The notes under the pieces are model-generated. The model ran no database searches. It was not told the origin of the DNA and worked only from the letters and a program-made list of their open reading frames with translations. Shown piece by piece: positions 21,791 through 35,200 of a stretch of DNA of 54,296 bases. The stretch spans positions 63,987,835 to 64,042,130 of the forward strand of contig NC_068990.1 in NCBI RefSeq assembly GCF_001194135.2, written 5' to 3'. The position numbers were made by a program, and so were the translations under genes. Each line of letters starts with the position of its first letter. The stretch's first letter is position 1. The stretch is from Octopus bimaculoides. Its lineage: Eukaryota.

Positions 21791-22509
21791 AATATCCTTC
21801 AGCTATTCATCAACGTCGTCATCATTATCATCGTCACCATCACCATTAATACGGTCGTCATTGTCATTGTTGTCATTGCTACTACTGGAATATTATTGAT
21901 CAAGGCTTATCAAAATGGGAAATATTGATAGGTTTATAGTTATCAAAATTATCCATTCTGGCAGATGTAGAAGCATTCAAAATAATAAATTATGTCAAAT
22001 CTAAGGTTATTTAAACTGAAAAGTCTGACCAAATCTTCATTCAAATCTTTATGTTTGTATACTTAGTTTATGCCATTTAACCCTTGTGTTGATGAACCAC
22101 AGGATTTATCTTCTATAATGTATGATTCTAAGACAAAATAAATGTTAAACTTTGGCAGTTTAATACAATGAAATCAATATAATGATTTCTAACATAGGTA
22201 CAAAGGCACAAATAGGGTGGAGTGAAGACAGCTGGTAATATTCACTCTCTGTAGTTGACTGATATTTTATTTTATTGAGTGTAGAAAGACGAAGGGATAA
22301 TTGAAATCAGTAAGGGTTGAAATCAAAGCATAAAGGGACATGTCTAAATACTGGAAGGTATTTTGTCCTCTGACAATTCTGCCAATCCACTGAATCTTTT
22401 ATTATGAAGCTCAATTCTACATTTCAAAGATATTTTAGAAATTTTATATTTAAATTAAATTTACATTTTATTGAGTCTAATCTGCATTGAATGAAGAATA
22501 TATTACACC

Positions 22510-23490
22510 TCATCATCTTAATCATCCTCATCAGCAACTGCATTTCACACCTTTCCATGATGGTATGGGTTGGACAGTTCAACAGGTACTTATCATTTAG
22601 CATTGTTTCTACAGTTGGATGTTCTTCCTAATACCAACCACCTTACAAAAAAAAAGTGTACTAGGTACACTTTCATGTCACAGCACTAGTGAAGTCACTG
22701 AGTACTTGCAAAACAAGCCTCCCTCAACTGAGTGGGGTATAACATTGAAGGATGTGAAAGTATGATAGAGAAACAGGAACAGGTGACTTGCTGAAGCAGC
22801 GAATACATGGCTTTCCCAGTTGGAAAGAGAGGTAGTGAGGGCATATTCTCAAGGTACAAGGTGAACTTGAGAGAGTGAATAGGGGAAGAGAGATAGAAAA
22901 GGTGACTGGGAAGGTAAATGCACTAGAATGTGAAAAGAGTGTGACAGATGATTAGAGATAAGATTGAAGAAAAAACAATAAATATCAGTGAGGGATGGGA
23001 AATGAAGGAAATAGAATTGGGTTAGGAAGAAGGAGGTGATGATAAGGGTCAGTAATAGGGATAAAGTGTGAAGTGTGTGAGAATAAATGGTATCATTTAT
23101 AGCACCTGAGGAAGCAATGTCATAGTTATGAGGTTGATGGAGGGATGTATGTTAGAAGATGAGTTGTGGGGGAACATTTAACAGAACCTCATTTTTGCTG
23201 TGATAGAAGGGGTCTTCTCAAGCACAGCATATCGTTATTCATCCCAGTCCCTTGTCATCTCTTCCATAAGTCCCACATTTTGAGGTAGGGCTTCTCTGTT
23301 TCATCCCATGTTTTCCAGCTGTCCTCATCCATTTACATCACATGACCATATCAATTCCATTTTCTATCTTGTACACCACATCTGATGCCTTTTATGCTCA
23401 TTTTTGTTTTTCACTAAACACATTTGTACTTTGTTGTGCATGTACACTGATGTTGCACATCCAGCAGAGCATGCTAGCTTCATTTCTTTC
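22510..23490 (-). mobile_element. Old 5'-truncated RTE LINE (ORF2 C-terminus plus purine-rich UTR and tail)
   Basis: LERNEASMLCWMCNISVH matches the 7815 ORF; cgatatgctgtgcttgagaagacc (RYAVLEKT) at about 23210; tail motifs at 22520-22680. Confidence 0.7.
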
Positions 23491-24279
23491 TAGTTTTTGT
23501 AAAAAGAAAAAAATAGAAAAAAGTAAAATAAAACAAAAACAGTGAAGCTTTTTAATTAAGTGAATGCAAAAATCAAATGGCTTATATGACACTGAATCAA
23601 AAAGTGGGATGCTCACTCTTTGACTTTGTGTAATTATTGCCATTTTTGCTTGCATCTGCTTTATTTAAACATGTACACGTCTTTTATATTTGTTTTATTA
23701 TGAATAATTTAAATTTTATTGTTTATAATTTAATAGAGTTGAATTTTAAAATGTATCATTATTATTATCATTTTTTTTTCCATTAGCTGTGATGATTTTT
23801 TGAAGCATGGATTAAACCATGAAACATTGCAAGATAATTTGTTAGATAAAATCTAAGAGAATTATGGCTGATGCTTGCTTGTTATGTTGAAGCTGAGCAA
23901 AATATAGAGGGTAAGGTTGATTAAACATGAGATTTAGATGTATCATAATAACTTACAACAGCAGATAGAGAATATTAGATGTAGAATGAAACCACTAATC
24001 ATGATTTGGAAGCATTAAAACTGATAAGTTTCAATAACTAGGCTTCAGTGATCTAAGGAAAACCAAAATTTCACATAACTGAAATATAACTAATAACTTG
24101 TGATAATCCAATCAGCTGCAGACAACAATGACTTATGGAAATGTACTGGGTTAGTTCTATGGTTGTTGGCACTCTGGCCAAGCTGGAATTTTGGCTGCGT
24201 TTCTTTGACAAAGAGTAAAAACCTCAAAACTATAAATGTAGATATAGAATATTTATAACAATTTATTAGGTATAATTTA

Positions 24280-24820
24280 TCTTTTTTACTTGTTTCAGTC
24301 ATTGGACTGTGACCCATACTAGAGCACTGTCTTGAAATGTTTTAGTCAAAAGATCGACCTTCACCCCACCACTACCAGTACTCATTTTCTAAGTCTGGTA
24401 TTTATTCTATTGGTCTTTTTTTCTGAACTGCTAAGTTATGGGAACTTAAACAAACCAACATTTATTGTCAGGCTGGGGAGGGAAATAAAAGCATACACGT
24501 GTGCGCATGTATGTGATGTGTATGTGTGTGTGTTGTGTGTGTGTGTGTGTGTGAGTGAGCATCAAACTAATACCAAATCTGTATTTATTTTTTACCTTGT
24601 TTCCATGTTGTACTTTTTGTAATGTTCGCACACTAAATATATAAACACACATGCACATACTATGGGGCTTTCACAAGTTTCCAGCTACCAAATTCACTCA
24701 CAAGGTATTGATTGGTCTGAGGTTAGAGTATAAGACACTTGCTCAAGATGCTGTGCAGTGAGGCTGAGCCTGAAACCTATTGATTTCAAAGCAGGCTTTT
24801 TAACCACACAGCTATGCTTG
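24280..24820 (-). mobile_element. Older SINE group A copy
   Basis: ttttacttgtttcagtcattggactgtg ... taaccacacagcta. Confidence 0.7.
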
Positions 24821-25159
24821 TATGAAGAAAATATTTTATTTATTATTTTCATATTTTTTTCCTTTCAATTTTTTGGAATACCCACAAGACATGACGTGGA
24901 TCCCCAAATCATGTTGCTCTCCTGGTGACTGCTTCAGTGGCTGGTACCTTTCGCTGGCCCAAGTAATAACAGAGGAAATGATATGTATTTGATGTCATGT
25001 TATACAACTTTTATAATAGATTCTTCTGGAATCAAAACCATCCTTCACCAATTTCATCAATTTTAGCTTTACCATTTGTTTTTGTAAATTCTGTATAAAG
25101 TATACAGTGATTCAGATTGTAGTGAACAATATCATATCAGGCATAGGGAATCTATGAGA

Positions 25160-25547
25160 TAGGCACAGGAGTGGCTGTGTGGTAAGTAGCTTGCTTACCA
25201 ACCACATGGTTCTGGGTTCAGTCCCACTGCGTGGCACCTTGGGCAAGTGTCTTCTACTATAGCCTCAGGCTGACCAAAACCTTGTGAGTGGATTCGGTAG
25301 ACGGAAACTGAAAGAATCCTGTCATATATATGTATATATGTATGTGTGTGTCTGTGTTTGTCCCCTCACCATCGCTTGACAACTGATGCTGGTGTGTTTA
25401 CGTCCCCGTAACTTATCGGTTCGGCAAAAAGAGACCGATAGAATAAGTACTAGGGTTACAAAAAATAAGTCCTGGGGTCGATTTGTTCGACTAATGGCGG
25501 TGTCCCAGCATGGCCGCAGTCAAATGACTGAAACAAGTAAAAGAGTA
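25160..25547 (+). mobile_element. SINE group A
   Basis: taggcacaggagtggctgtgtggtaag...ggttcagtcccactgcgtggcaccttgggcaagtgtcttc...tgactgaaacaagtaaaagag. Confidence 0.88.
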
Positions 25548-26511
25548 GTTATCTATGTTATAAGGTGTTTCTAGGTTGAACCAATCCAGGTTATTTAGCA
25601 ATACCACTGCCACAACCAACAGTAACAACAATGAGCTAAGGAAAGAGATCCTCCAGAAATAGCTAGAAATAGCAGCAAAATCTCGTTTTAATCAATCTTT
25701 TCCATCTTAAAAAAAAAAAAGGAAGAAAACACATTGCATAATGTTGTCCTAGACACTATGTTAGAAATAAAGCAAGAATGCCTTGGACTGAATGTATTTT
25801 ATCATAGATTCGTTGCTTAGTCAGAGCAGAGTAGCAGCAACAACAACAACAAGATAAGTAGTGTAAGAATTGGTATTAATTATATATGAAACAGAGGCAA
25901 ATCAAAGAAGATTTATAGAATAGTCAGAACATTTGCCTTCACCAGACAAAATATACTTAAAAGTCAAGGAAAAAGTTTCTGTTCAAAGATAGCAATGACA
26001 ATGTTGATAATGGATACAATGAAAATAATGGTTGTTATGAGACAAGATTAAAAAGAATAATGAAAACAGGTGAGAAAGATGCCATGTACTGACAGTGGAG
26101 GCCTCCTTTAACAAAGCAAGACTAACAACTAGGTAGAATGAAGCAAAGTGGGTGTTTTAGGATACTAGGCTTCACAGACAAGATGATGACACAGAAGTAG
26201 GAACAACAGGATTTTGGGGTTGTGAGTCCACATATGAGAAACTCAGCCATCACACTACCATTGCCTTGCCCTCATAATATATTCACCATGAGTATTCTAT
26301 TTATGAACATCATCATCAGCTTTATATCATTTCACATATTTCATTATTACTTGATTTTAGTTATGTCTTCATTAACCTCCTAAATAATATCCATTATCCC
26401 TTCCACAAGTCCCACAAAAATTACTATAATTGATTTCTTCTGCTGATATTTCAGCAAATCAGTTTATATGTGTGTGTGTATGTGCAATAAAAGATTACAT
26501 TTATTTTACAG

Positions 26512-26664
26512 GAACGACAGTTCCTTGACAGTGTTATAGATTTGGTGAAGATTCTAGTACCAGCGACCCGTAAACTATGGCAGAAGGTCAAACTGAAAAT
26601 GCTCCCGACTCCAGCAAAATTCCATTATGTCTTTAACCTGAGGGATCTCAGTCGAATTTGGCAG
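26512..26664 (+). CDS. DNAH5: Dynein heavy chain exon 8: [51 protein letters not shown]
   Basis: ttttacag|GAA...CAG|gtaaga; 153 bp; [16 protein letters not shown] motif. Confidence 0.96.
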
Positions 26665-28547
26665 GTAAGATATGCAGACGAAGGAAGTTCTTTTTGGTTT
26701 TATTATTCCTACTATTTACTTCTGTTGATTATTGATTCTCATGTTGAAGTAATGACATATTGATTTCCTTGATGATGTCATTGTCAAGTCAGAGCAGCAA
26801 TTCATACACTATGAGTTCAAACTTTTTCCCCCTATTGTTTTAATGCTATATCTCCTCAATATTCCGTGATATTAGAGATAGACTTTGTTTTTACTGTATT
26901 TATCCCTAGTTTTGGTAAGCTTTTTCTCTACTATTGCTTTATATAGTTGTCTGATCAATATTTTTTCTGTGCTTATCTAATATTTTTTCTATTCCTATTT
27001 TAATGGCTAGTCTGGTTCTTACTGTTGAGTTTTAATTTATCTTTTTTGGTAATTGCTCATTCTCTCTAGTATTACATTATATTCTTCTCATTTCTCAGCT
27101 TCCACATGGTTTTAGGTAGTATTATTTGGTTAGCTATTGAGTATTTTTATTGGATTTCTTGTAGTTTCATCTATTATTTCTAAGCTATTCTCCAGTATTC
27201 TACAGATGGCTGTTTAATGTCTGATAGCTGGGATTATTCTATCTGACACTCTCAAATTCAACCAACTGCTGCTTAGTTTTGTCATCTGTTAACTGGTTCT
27301 GTCCAGAATTGTCTAGTACCTTCCAGCATTGTCTGATTTTGTGTGTTATTTATTTCTGTCAAGTATTATCCACAGTTCTCTGCTTTTACACTGGCTAAAA
27401 AAAAGGTCAAAATATTACATTGATTATTCAATACAAATTGATATACTATATAGCTACAAGCTTTAAGCCCGAGAATTGCAGACAGTTTATGAAATTTTTC
27501 AGTGCACAGGGAAACAGATAAATGTTTTGTAAGAATTTAATTAACAATTTTCCCTATGGGAAATAGGAAGAAGTTACAGACATTTAAATCAGAAGATATG
27601 TAGTTTTTTTTTTTGGTTTTTTTTTTTTCTTTTGCTACCATGGTTGAAACTGTAGCAAAATAATGCAAATTTGTTGTGGATGAATTGCTGGCTGGTCCCT
27701 CTGCTGCATCATATACATATCTTTAAGAGGTACCGAAGTTTCATAATATTCAGCTGAACCCTTTGACAAAACGACACTCACTATCGGCATCATAATACAA
27801 CACTTGATAATATTTTACAGCTTTTAGTAGAAAAGTTAGTCTTATGTAAAAGCATTTTGATGTCAAATATTTGCTTCAACCGTTCAGGAAATTATTCAAA
27901 ACTTACGTGCATGTGTTAATGTCATTGTCCTTATGGTATTGTCTTGCATTTATGTATGCTTGATTACGCAAATGATCAGACAGTTCAATAACTAGTTTAA
28001 TGCTAAGCTGTTTAATATCGGTTGTTTGTATTATACATTTCTTATTCTCAGACAAAAGGATGATAGTTTGATTGAACTTTTAGTCACATAGGTAATCATA
28101 TATAGAGCTGAATAATCTATATAAAGCCAAATTTAATGTTAATGAATGAATGGATGAACATAGAGTCAGATTTGCATTTTTATTTTACAGCTCAAATGGA
28201 TGAACATAAACAAATGTTTACTGTCATAGAACTACAGATAAAACTTCCAGATGATAAGAAATTAGTATTAACGTGTTAATAATGTATTAATATAAACAAA
28301 TTAAGAAAATTAATTTGCCTCAAACTCATTGCTTTCTTCTCCACTTCCTCCATTATAATTGTACAATATAAATACTAGTTCCTCAGAAAAATTTGGTAAC
28401 AATGATAAAAGAGTTCCCTTAGAAGCAGATACAAATTACAGTACAATACACCTCATTCAACTTTCTTCATTGCTTGTTTATTATATTTTAGCATTGATTG
28501 GGCTTTTAACAAATATAGTCTTATATTAAAGATGTTTCCATGCCATA

Positions 28548-28764
28548 CAAGGGAGTGTTGAAAAATTCCTGACTTTAAGGTTATTGTGAAAGATCCAGTT
28601 GGAGGCCCAACCTTCTGATTTCTTATACAGGGCTTAGAAAAATCGAAGGATTGCTGCAGTAAGTATGTGAATCTGAAAGGGGAATATGTTGAATAAAATC
28701 ATAATTAACTGATCCTCCTGTATTTTCTTTTACCCAATGTCAGGAACTTTTGAGCACCCCCTCA
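28548..28764 (+). mobile_element. mariner-derived MITE (217 bp)
   Basis: TA|caagggagtgttgaaaaattcctgac ... gtcaggaacttttgagcaccccctca|TA; interior encodes LIQGLEKSKDCCSKYVNLKGEYVE*. Confidence 0.8.
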
Positions 28765-31192
28765 TAGTGTCAAGCAGTACTGGAAGGGTTTATTCACTTA
28801 CTACTTATTCCACAGAGATTGCTTAAGGCTTTCCTACTTTAGATGTATAGATTGAACTGTGGTGTGTGTTCTACGTCGGGTCACCTTATCAGAAGGAATT
28901 GTGATCTAGAATGCCATGGCCTCACATGGAGAAACCATTTAATAGTGACTCCATTCAGAAGGCTGGAATAATACATATAATGTGCCAGGGAGGAAAGAGA
29001 GTGACACAATCGAGTAGGATGTTTGAGAGAAGATTTATTGATATGCTAACATGTATGTCTGTGTGTGCATCATGTATACAGAATAATAGATAGGCCATCA
29101 TGAGAACAAAGTGTATGTGTGTATAGACATGGACTTGTGCATTAAGTACATATAAGAATGACAATGAAGACAGTGAGAGAGTCTATAATGAGAAGTTAGA
29201 CGAATGTTCATAGACACAAGAATAAGAAATAGCATTTCGTAGTCAATTGTACATGGTAATTGAAATACTGTATCAAGAAGTTGCGGTGATGATGCAGAGC
29301 CAGTGCGGTACGTGTCATACGAAGTTGTGGCTGTAATGCTGCAGACTAGGTTACTTGGTATGGGAGTTCTCACAGGTTGCATATTTTCTATTAATCGTGG
29401 TGAGGTAATTCACAAGCAGTGCTAAGTTGGAACCTGTGCAGTGTTGCTTGAGCTGTGTACATAGAGAGATAATGTTGACGATGTTAAGAAGATGATGGTA
29501 ACAATGAAGACAGAGGTTGACGTAATGCTGTTGGACAGGTTTCATGGCATTGTCACTGGAACTGGCTATGTCTTGTGTGGTCAGTGGCTAGACCTGAAAA
29601 GGTCTGGCACCAAAGATCTCAAGATGAGGAGAAGGTGAATTTTTATAAGGAGCAGCAGGTCTAAATGGGGTTGAGAAAAGGCTGTTTCACATGATCTTAT
29701 TTAGGGACTCCAATTGGTTATATGCTGCATATTGGTGCAACAGAGCAAGTGACAAACTGTGCCAATACCAACCAGTCAGAGTAGTGGACACAACAGGGTC
29801 CTAATAGTGGCCAAAGGCTAGCTGTTATCTGCTACGTTCAAATGCTCATATATATAATAAAAGGCAGAGGAATTTCACTCGAGTGTACGCTACCTGTATC
29901 TGATGAAAAAAAAGCCATGAATTTTGTGGATAATCGTTAGTTATCCACAAAGATGTTCAACAGACAAAAACAACATCCTGACATACATTCTCTTCCTTTC
30001 TCTCATTCTCTCTGATACCTCTCGCTTTCTTTTGTAAAATATGTTGCTGTTCATATTTTGAATAAAATTTATTCACGGCTTGAAAAACAAAATAAACAGC
30101 CTAACACACATTAAAAAAATAGAAGGAACACTCTCAAACACACATATGTTGGTCAGTTCAAGACTGTGATAACTTTCTCTCACACAGTCATATACATTCT
30201 AACATATATACATACTAACATACAACAGAAAAACGGTATTCTTACTCACACACCACCATGTCGGTCCACTTGAGACTGCAAAGATTTTCTATCACATGGA
30301 CATAATACACACAGACACATTCACATTATAACAAAACACAAATCATTTTATTCTGTTATTTAAAATATTGTGTATTTTGTATTAATGTCCTTATGAACAT
30401 TTGTGTTAATATGAACTTTGCCACAGTTTTGTGAATATGAGTTTTATCTTCTTTTTTTTTATAAATCTTGTTTTGGTTTAATTTGATTTTTATTCTATTT
30501 TGATCTGTTGCATTCAATTTAATCTTCTGTTGATATATTTTATCACAATCTTCATTACTTATTCCCATAAATGTTATCTTTGGAGATGGTCATATAATAC
30601 TAGTGGCAATAAATTAAAAGTTAAATAATGTTAATAATAATATAAAGAATTGAATTTTATACTTTTGTTTTTGAAGTGTTAATCAAAAAAGGACATTGGT
30701 CAGTCTTTAGCAATTTCCCTTGGTTTGAAGAGATAAACTCCTGTGTAAGATACCTATGAAAAAAAAAAAGATATCACATACACACCCACACTCATAACTT
30801 CATACATCCAAATGCATATTTTTGAAATATTTAATTTTCATGTACTCTAGCCAAGATCATATTAATCTGCATTTATCAGTGGATAAAATGGGTGTATACN
30901 NNNNNNNNNNNNNNNNNNNNNNNNNNNNNNNNNNNNNNNNNNNNNNNNNNNNNNNNNNNNNNNNNNNNNNNNNNNNNNNNNNNNNNNNNNNNNNNNNNNN
31001 NNNNNNNNNNNNNNNNNNNNNNNNNNNNNNNNNNNNNNNNNNNNNNNNNNNNNNNNNNNNNNNNNNNNNNNNNNNNNNNNNNNNNNNNNNNNNNNNNNNN
31101 NNNNNNNNNNNNNNNNNNNNNNNNNNNNNNNNNNNNNNNNNNNNNNNNNNNNNNNNNNNNNNNNNNNNNNNNNNNNNNNNNNNNNNNNNNNN

Positions 31193-31609
31193 AAATATAC
31201 CAATACATTATATTGTCTTTGAATTTTAAAGTTCAATGGTAATCCATGTAGATAATATTTAGAAAGATTAGGATGCATGTAATTAAGAATGGTGTTGTGT
31301 TTAGAAAAGGCTGAGAGTTTATGTGTTAAACAGGAAGTGTGTGTGTGTAAGGGAAGACAATTCTGTGGAGTTCCTGTTGACAAAGAGTCCAGAACTCCAC
31401 CTAAAGAGTACAAAGCCCACAGAATTGTCTTCCCTCATACACACTTCCTGTTTTGACACCACACTTCCTGTTTAACACATAAACTCTCAGCCTTTTATAA
31501 ACATAACAGCAATTTTAATTACATGCATCCTAATCTTTCTAAAAATTATCTACATGGATTACCATTGAACTTTAAAAACTCAAAGACAATATAATGTATT
31601 GGTATATTT
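31193..31609. mobile_element. Fold-back element with about 175-190-bp near-perfect inverted arms; left end abuts a gap
   Basis: aaatataccaatacattatattgtctttga ... tcaaagacaatataatgtattggtatattt; inner hairpin gtggagttc/gaactccac. Confidence 0.85.
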
Positions 31610-31765
31610 ATTTTTTTTATATATTTTTTATATTTTTATAAAAAACATTATTTTCATTTTGCCTCTTCTTGAAAATTTATCATGCAACGAAAGCCGGTTA
31701 GAAATCCTTTTAATCCTCCCTATACACATCTATATTAAAATATGCTTTCAGTTTAGGATTCTGCC

Positions 31766-31800
<35 letters not shown>

Positions 31801-31821
31801 TTCCTATATATNNNNNNNNNN

Positions 31822-32049
31822 GGGTGGCACATAAAAGACACCATTTCGAGCGTGGCCGTTTTCGTGCGGGTGACACGTAAAAGCACCCACTACACTCTCT
31901 GAGTGGTTGGCGTTAGGAAGGGCATCCAGCTGTAGAAACTCTGCCAAATCAGACTGGAGCCTGGTGTTGCCATCCGGTTTCACCAGTCCTCAGTCAAATC
32001 GTCCAACCCATGCTAGCATGGAAAGCGGACGTTAAACGATGATGATGAT
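31822..32049 (+). mobile_element. Young RTE 3' UTR with (GAT)n tail
   Basis: 31866-32037 is identical to 8418-8589 (172 bp). Confidence 0.9.
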
Positions 32050-32222
32050 ACAAAGAGTGAGAGAGAGTATAATAAAGGAGATAAATTAGATGCCAGCTAT
32101 CCACAATGGTCCATTATATAGTACTCAGTCTTAGAAAGTGATACTAGTACTGGTAACTTCACTCAGATAATTCCAAGTTCCTATACAAAACTGCAAAAAT
32201 TCTGCAGAGGATTTAATAACAC

Positions 32223-35200
32223 TGATAATGAAGAGGAGAGTGGAGATTTTATTCACATCCAAATACTTCTATATTTAAAAGTTTTCTACAGCATATACGT
32301 CTGACCTACATATGTTTTGACTGCTGTGACTGCACATTGCTTTGTATACAATTATGCATTCTAGTCATTGCAATTTCATCAAAATTTACTTGAATTTGTG
32401 CCAGATAAAGTGTTAAGTAACTTAGATTAGAATGGACCTAACAAGAAATCCCATTCAGATAGGGGAGATAACCAATATCTAATTTCTGCTAATAGTAGTA
32501 CACAAATAACTGACAAATACAATAGCAAACAAACCCAATGTCAAAATAAAATCCAGGTAAATAGGTAACACACTTTCACAAAAAGCTTAGGTTGAAATAC
32601 ATACCACAGTAACATGGATACTTCTAGCAATATCAAGTGGTATATAATTCCCTTTGGAAAACAAATAATTTCCAATATACCTAAATTGTTCTATTTGGTA
32701 TTGATTAAACATTTTCCAAAAGACAGTAAATACTACAGAATATTTTATAAACATAGATTTAGACTAGCTTTTTCTAATAGCAGAAATCTAGCACAAATTA
32801 TAGCAGTACACAATGCTAATAGATTAAGCAGTTTCCATATAAACAAAAACAACAATAGTAACCAGAATAATAATTATAGATCTATTAATAGCAATAATGC
32901 CAACATGAGCGACCAAACTATAAGTAACCCAACTAGGTATCAGAATAGGAACTATGGTTTGACAACTAATAAAATGGAAGCTACTTAAACAAACTCCTGC
33001 ATTAGCCTCAAAGGTGTGAATCCTAGAAAGCACAGTACTCAGAATGTTATCTATGTGGGAAAGAGTAATAGCTTAGAAGATAGACAGGAGAACTTAGAAA
33101 TCACCTCTAGTGAAGTTGAAGAGGAAACTATTAATGTAAGTAGTAGAACTATCAAATGCGATGGCTCAAGGAACAGTATTTTCCTGATTAACTCTAATTG
33201 TAGGTATTAAAATATTGTATACAGATGTAAGGTTACCTCAGAGAATAGGGTCTACTTCTATACGGAGCTAGCTCATGTAATATTAAACAAAAAATTGCCA
33301 ATTATTTAAATTCATTTAGATATAGGGACAAAATGAACACTACTAGCTTTAGTAAACTAATTTGGGCACTAAAAGATTGTAACAAAGCATATTTGGTTGG
33401 TTAGGAAATAATTAGTAATGCAAAACCTTGTAGAATAGGTGATAGTAGATGTGGAAAAAATGTACCAAATGTTCACTTCCAAATTTACTCATAAACACTA
33501 GACAGGAACAGGCTTTAAGATGCCCACACTTGTAAAAATATACTTTTAAACAATTTAAATTAACACAACTTATCATCTATAGTAACTATGCTACTTACAA
33601 TAAATTAAAATAATAAATGATATTTATACTAATAATTCTACTACAAATAATAATGATAACAACAACAATAATATTAATTGAGGGTATAAACCTCAAATAA
33701 GTATTAGGTTGTCAAAAATGTTCTTGCAGAATTTTAAATTTTGGTTTTAAATGATGTATTTTCAAATTAATTTGCGTTAAATTATTTTGACTTTATATAT
33801 CATTTTAAAGCCTGTTTTTTGCTCTATTTAATTCTGTTACTCTTTCTCTTTTTGAATAATTAGGCCATTTTTTCCGGAACATTGAATACAACATGAACAA
33901 AAAGCAAATTCGCACAATTTTCTTATTCCAGTTCATGCTAGGCCGATAAGCTGCTGAAACAGCTTGCGATATCAATGATGTGTTTGGAACCACTAATGAA
34001 TGTACAGCACAATGGTGGTTCAAGAAATTTCGTAGCCATGACGAGAGTCTTGAAGATGATAAGCATAGTGGTTGGCCATCAGATGTTAACAACGATCAAC
34101 TAAGAGCCTTAGTCGAAGCCAATCCAAGCAAAACTGTTCGAGAGCTTGCTTCTGAATTAAACATAACATATATGACAATTTCCAACCACTTGAAAGAGAT
34201 TGGAAAAACAAAAATACTTGAGAAATGGGTGTTGTTTTTCCTTCTTTTAAGCAACAAGAACGACCTGTTTCTCAACTGGATTGTCACTTGCGATGAAAAG
34301 TGGATTCTCTATGACAACCAGTGATGCTCAGCTCAGTGGTTGGATGCCAACAAAGCTCCACGGCACTTCCCAAAGCCAAAGTTGCACCAAAAGAAGGTCA
34401 AATTGACTGTTTGGTGGTCTGCGGCCGGTCTCATCCATCGCAGCTTTTTGGATCTAGCCGAAACAATTACAGCAGAGAAGTACTGTCAGCAAATGGCTGA
34501 AATGCATAAGAAACTCTGACAACAACAGCCAGCATTGGTCAATAGAAAAGAATCAATTCTTCTTCATGACAACGCTTAGCCACACATCGCACAATTGACC
34601 CTGCAGAAGTTGAACGAATTGGGCTACAAAACTCTGCCTCATCTGCCATACTCACCAGACCTCTCGCCTACTGACTACAACTTTTTCAAGCATCTCGACA
34701 ACTTCCTGCATGAAAAATGCTTCAAAAACCAAGANNNNNNNNNNACAACTTTTTCAAGCATCTCGACAACTTCCTGCATGAGAAATGCTTCAAAAACCAA
34801 GACGATGCCAAACACACCTTCAGCGACTTCATCTCCACCAGAACGCAGGATTTTTATGCTACTGGCATAAATAAACTTGTTCTGCATTGGCAAAAGCGTG
34901 TTGATTCTGATGGTGTTTATTTCAATTCATAAAATTTTGTTTGAGCTGAGATATATGCATCTGAATTTAAAGGTTAAAAACCACAAGAACTTTCTTGACA
35001 GCCTAATAAAATACCTCTAAATAAATAATGTACTCCATACAGCAACATGTAAACAAAACTGTTAGAATTAATTGAAATCTGAATAAACATATTTAAAACT
35101 ATGCTACAACTGTAATACAAGCAGAGGTGATTATAAAAGCAACATTCCATCAAATATAAATAGTAATGTTATTACCTTTAACTGAATATCAATACAGGAT

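Noticed and set aside
27000-27400. Possible LINE N-terminal remnant on the minus strand (also 48590-48780)
   Set aside because: No diagnostic motif could be read in any frame.
29923-29951. Perfect 11-bp hairpin made of two inverted TTATCCACA (DnaA-box) sequences
   Set aside because: Context is a eukaryotic intron with no bacterial genes or origin features. More likely a hairpin within a repeat, or chance.
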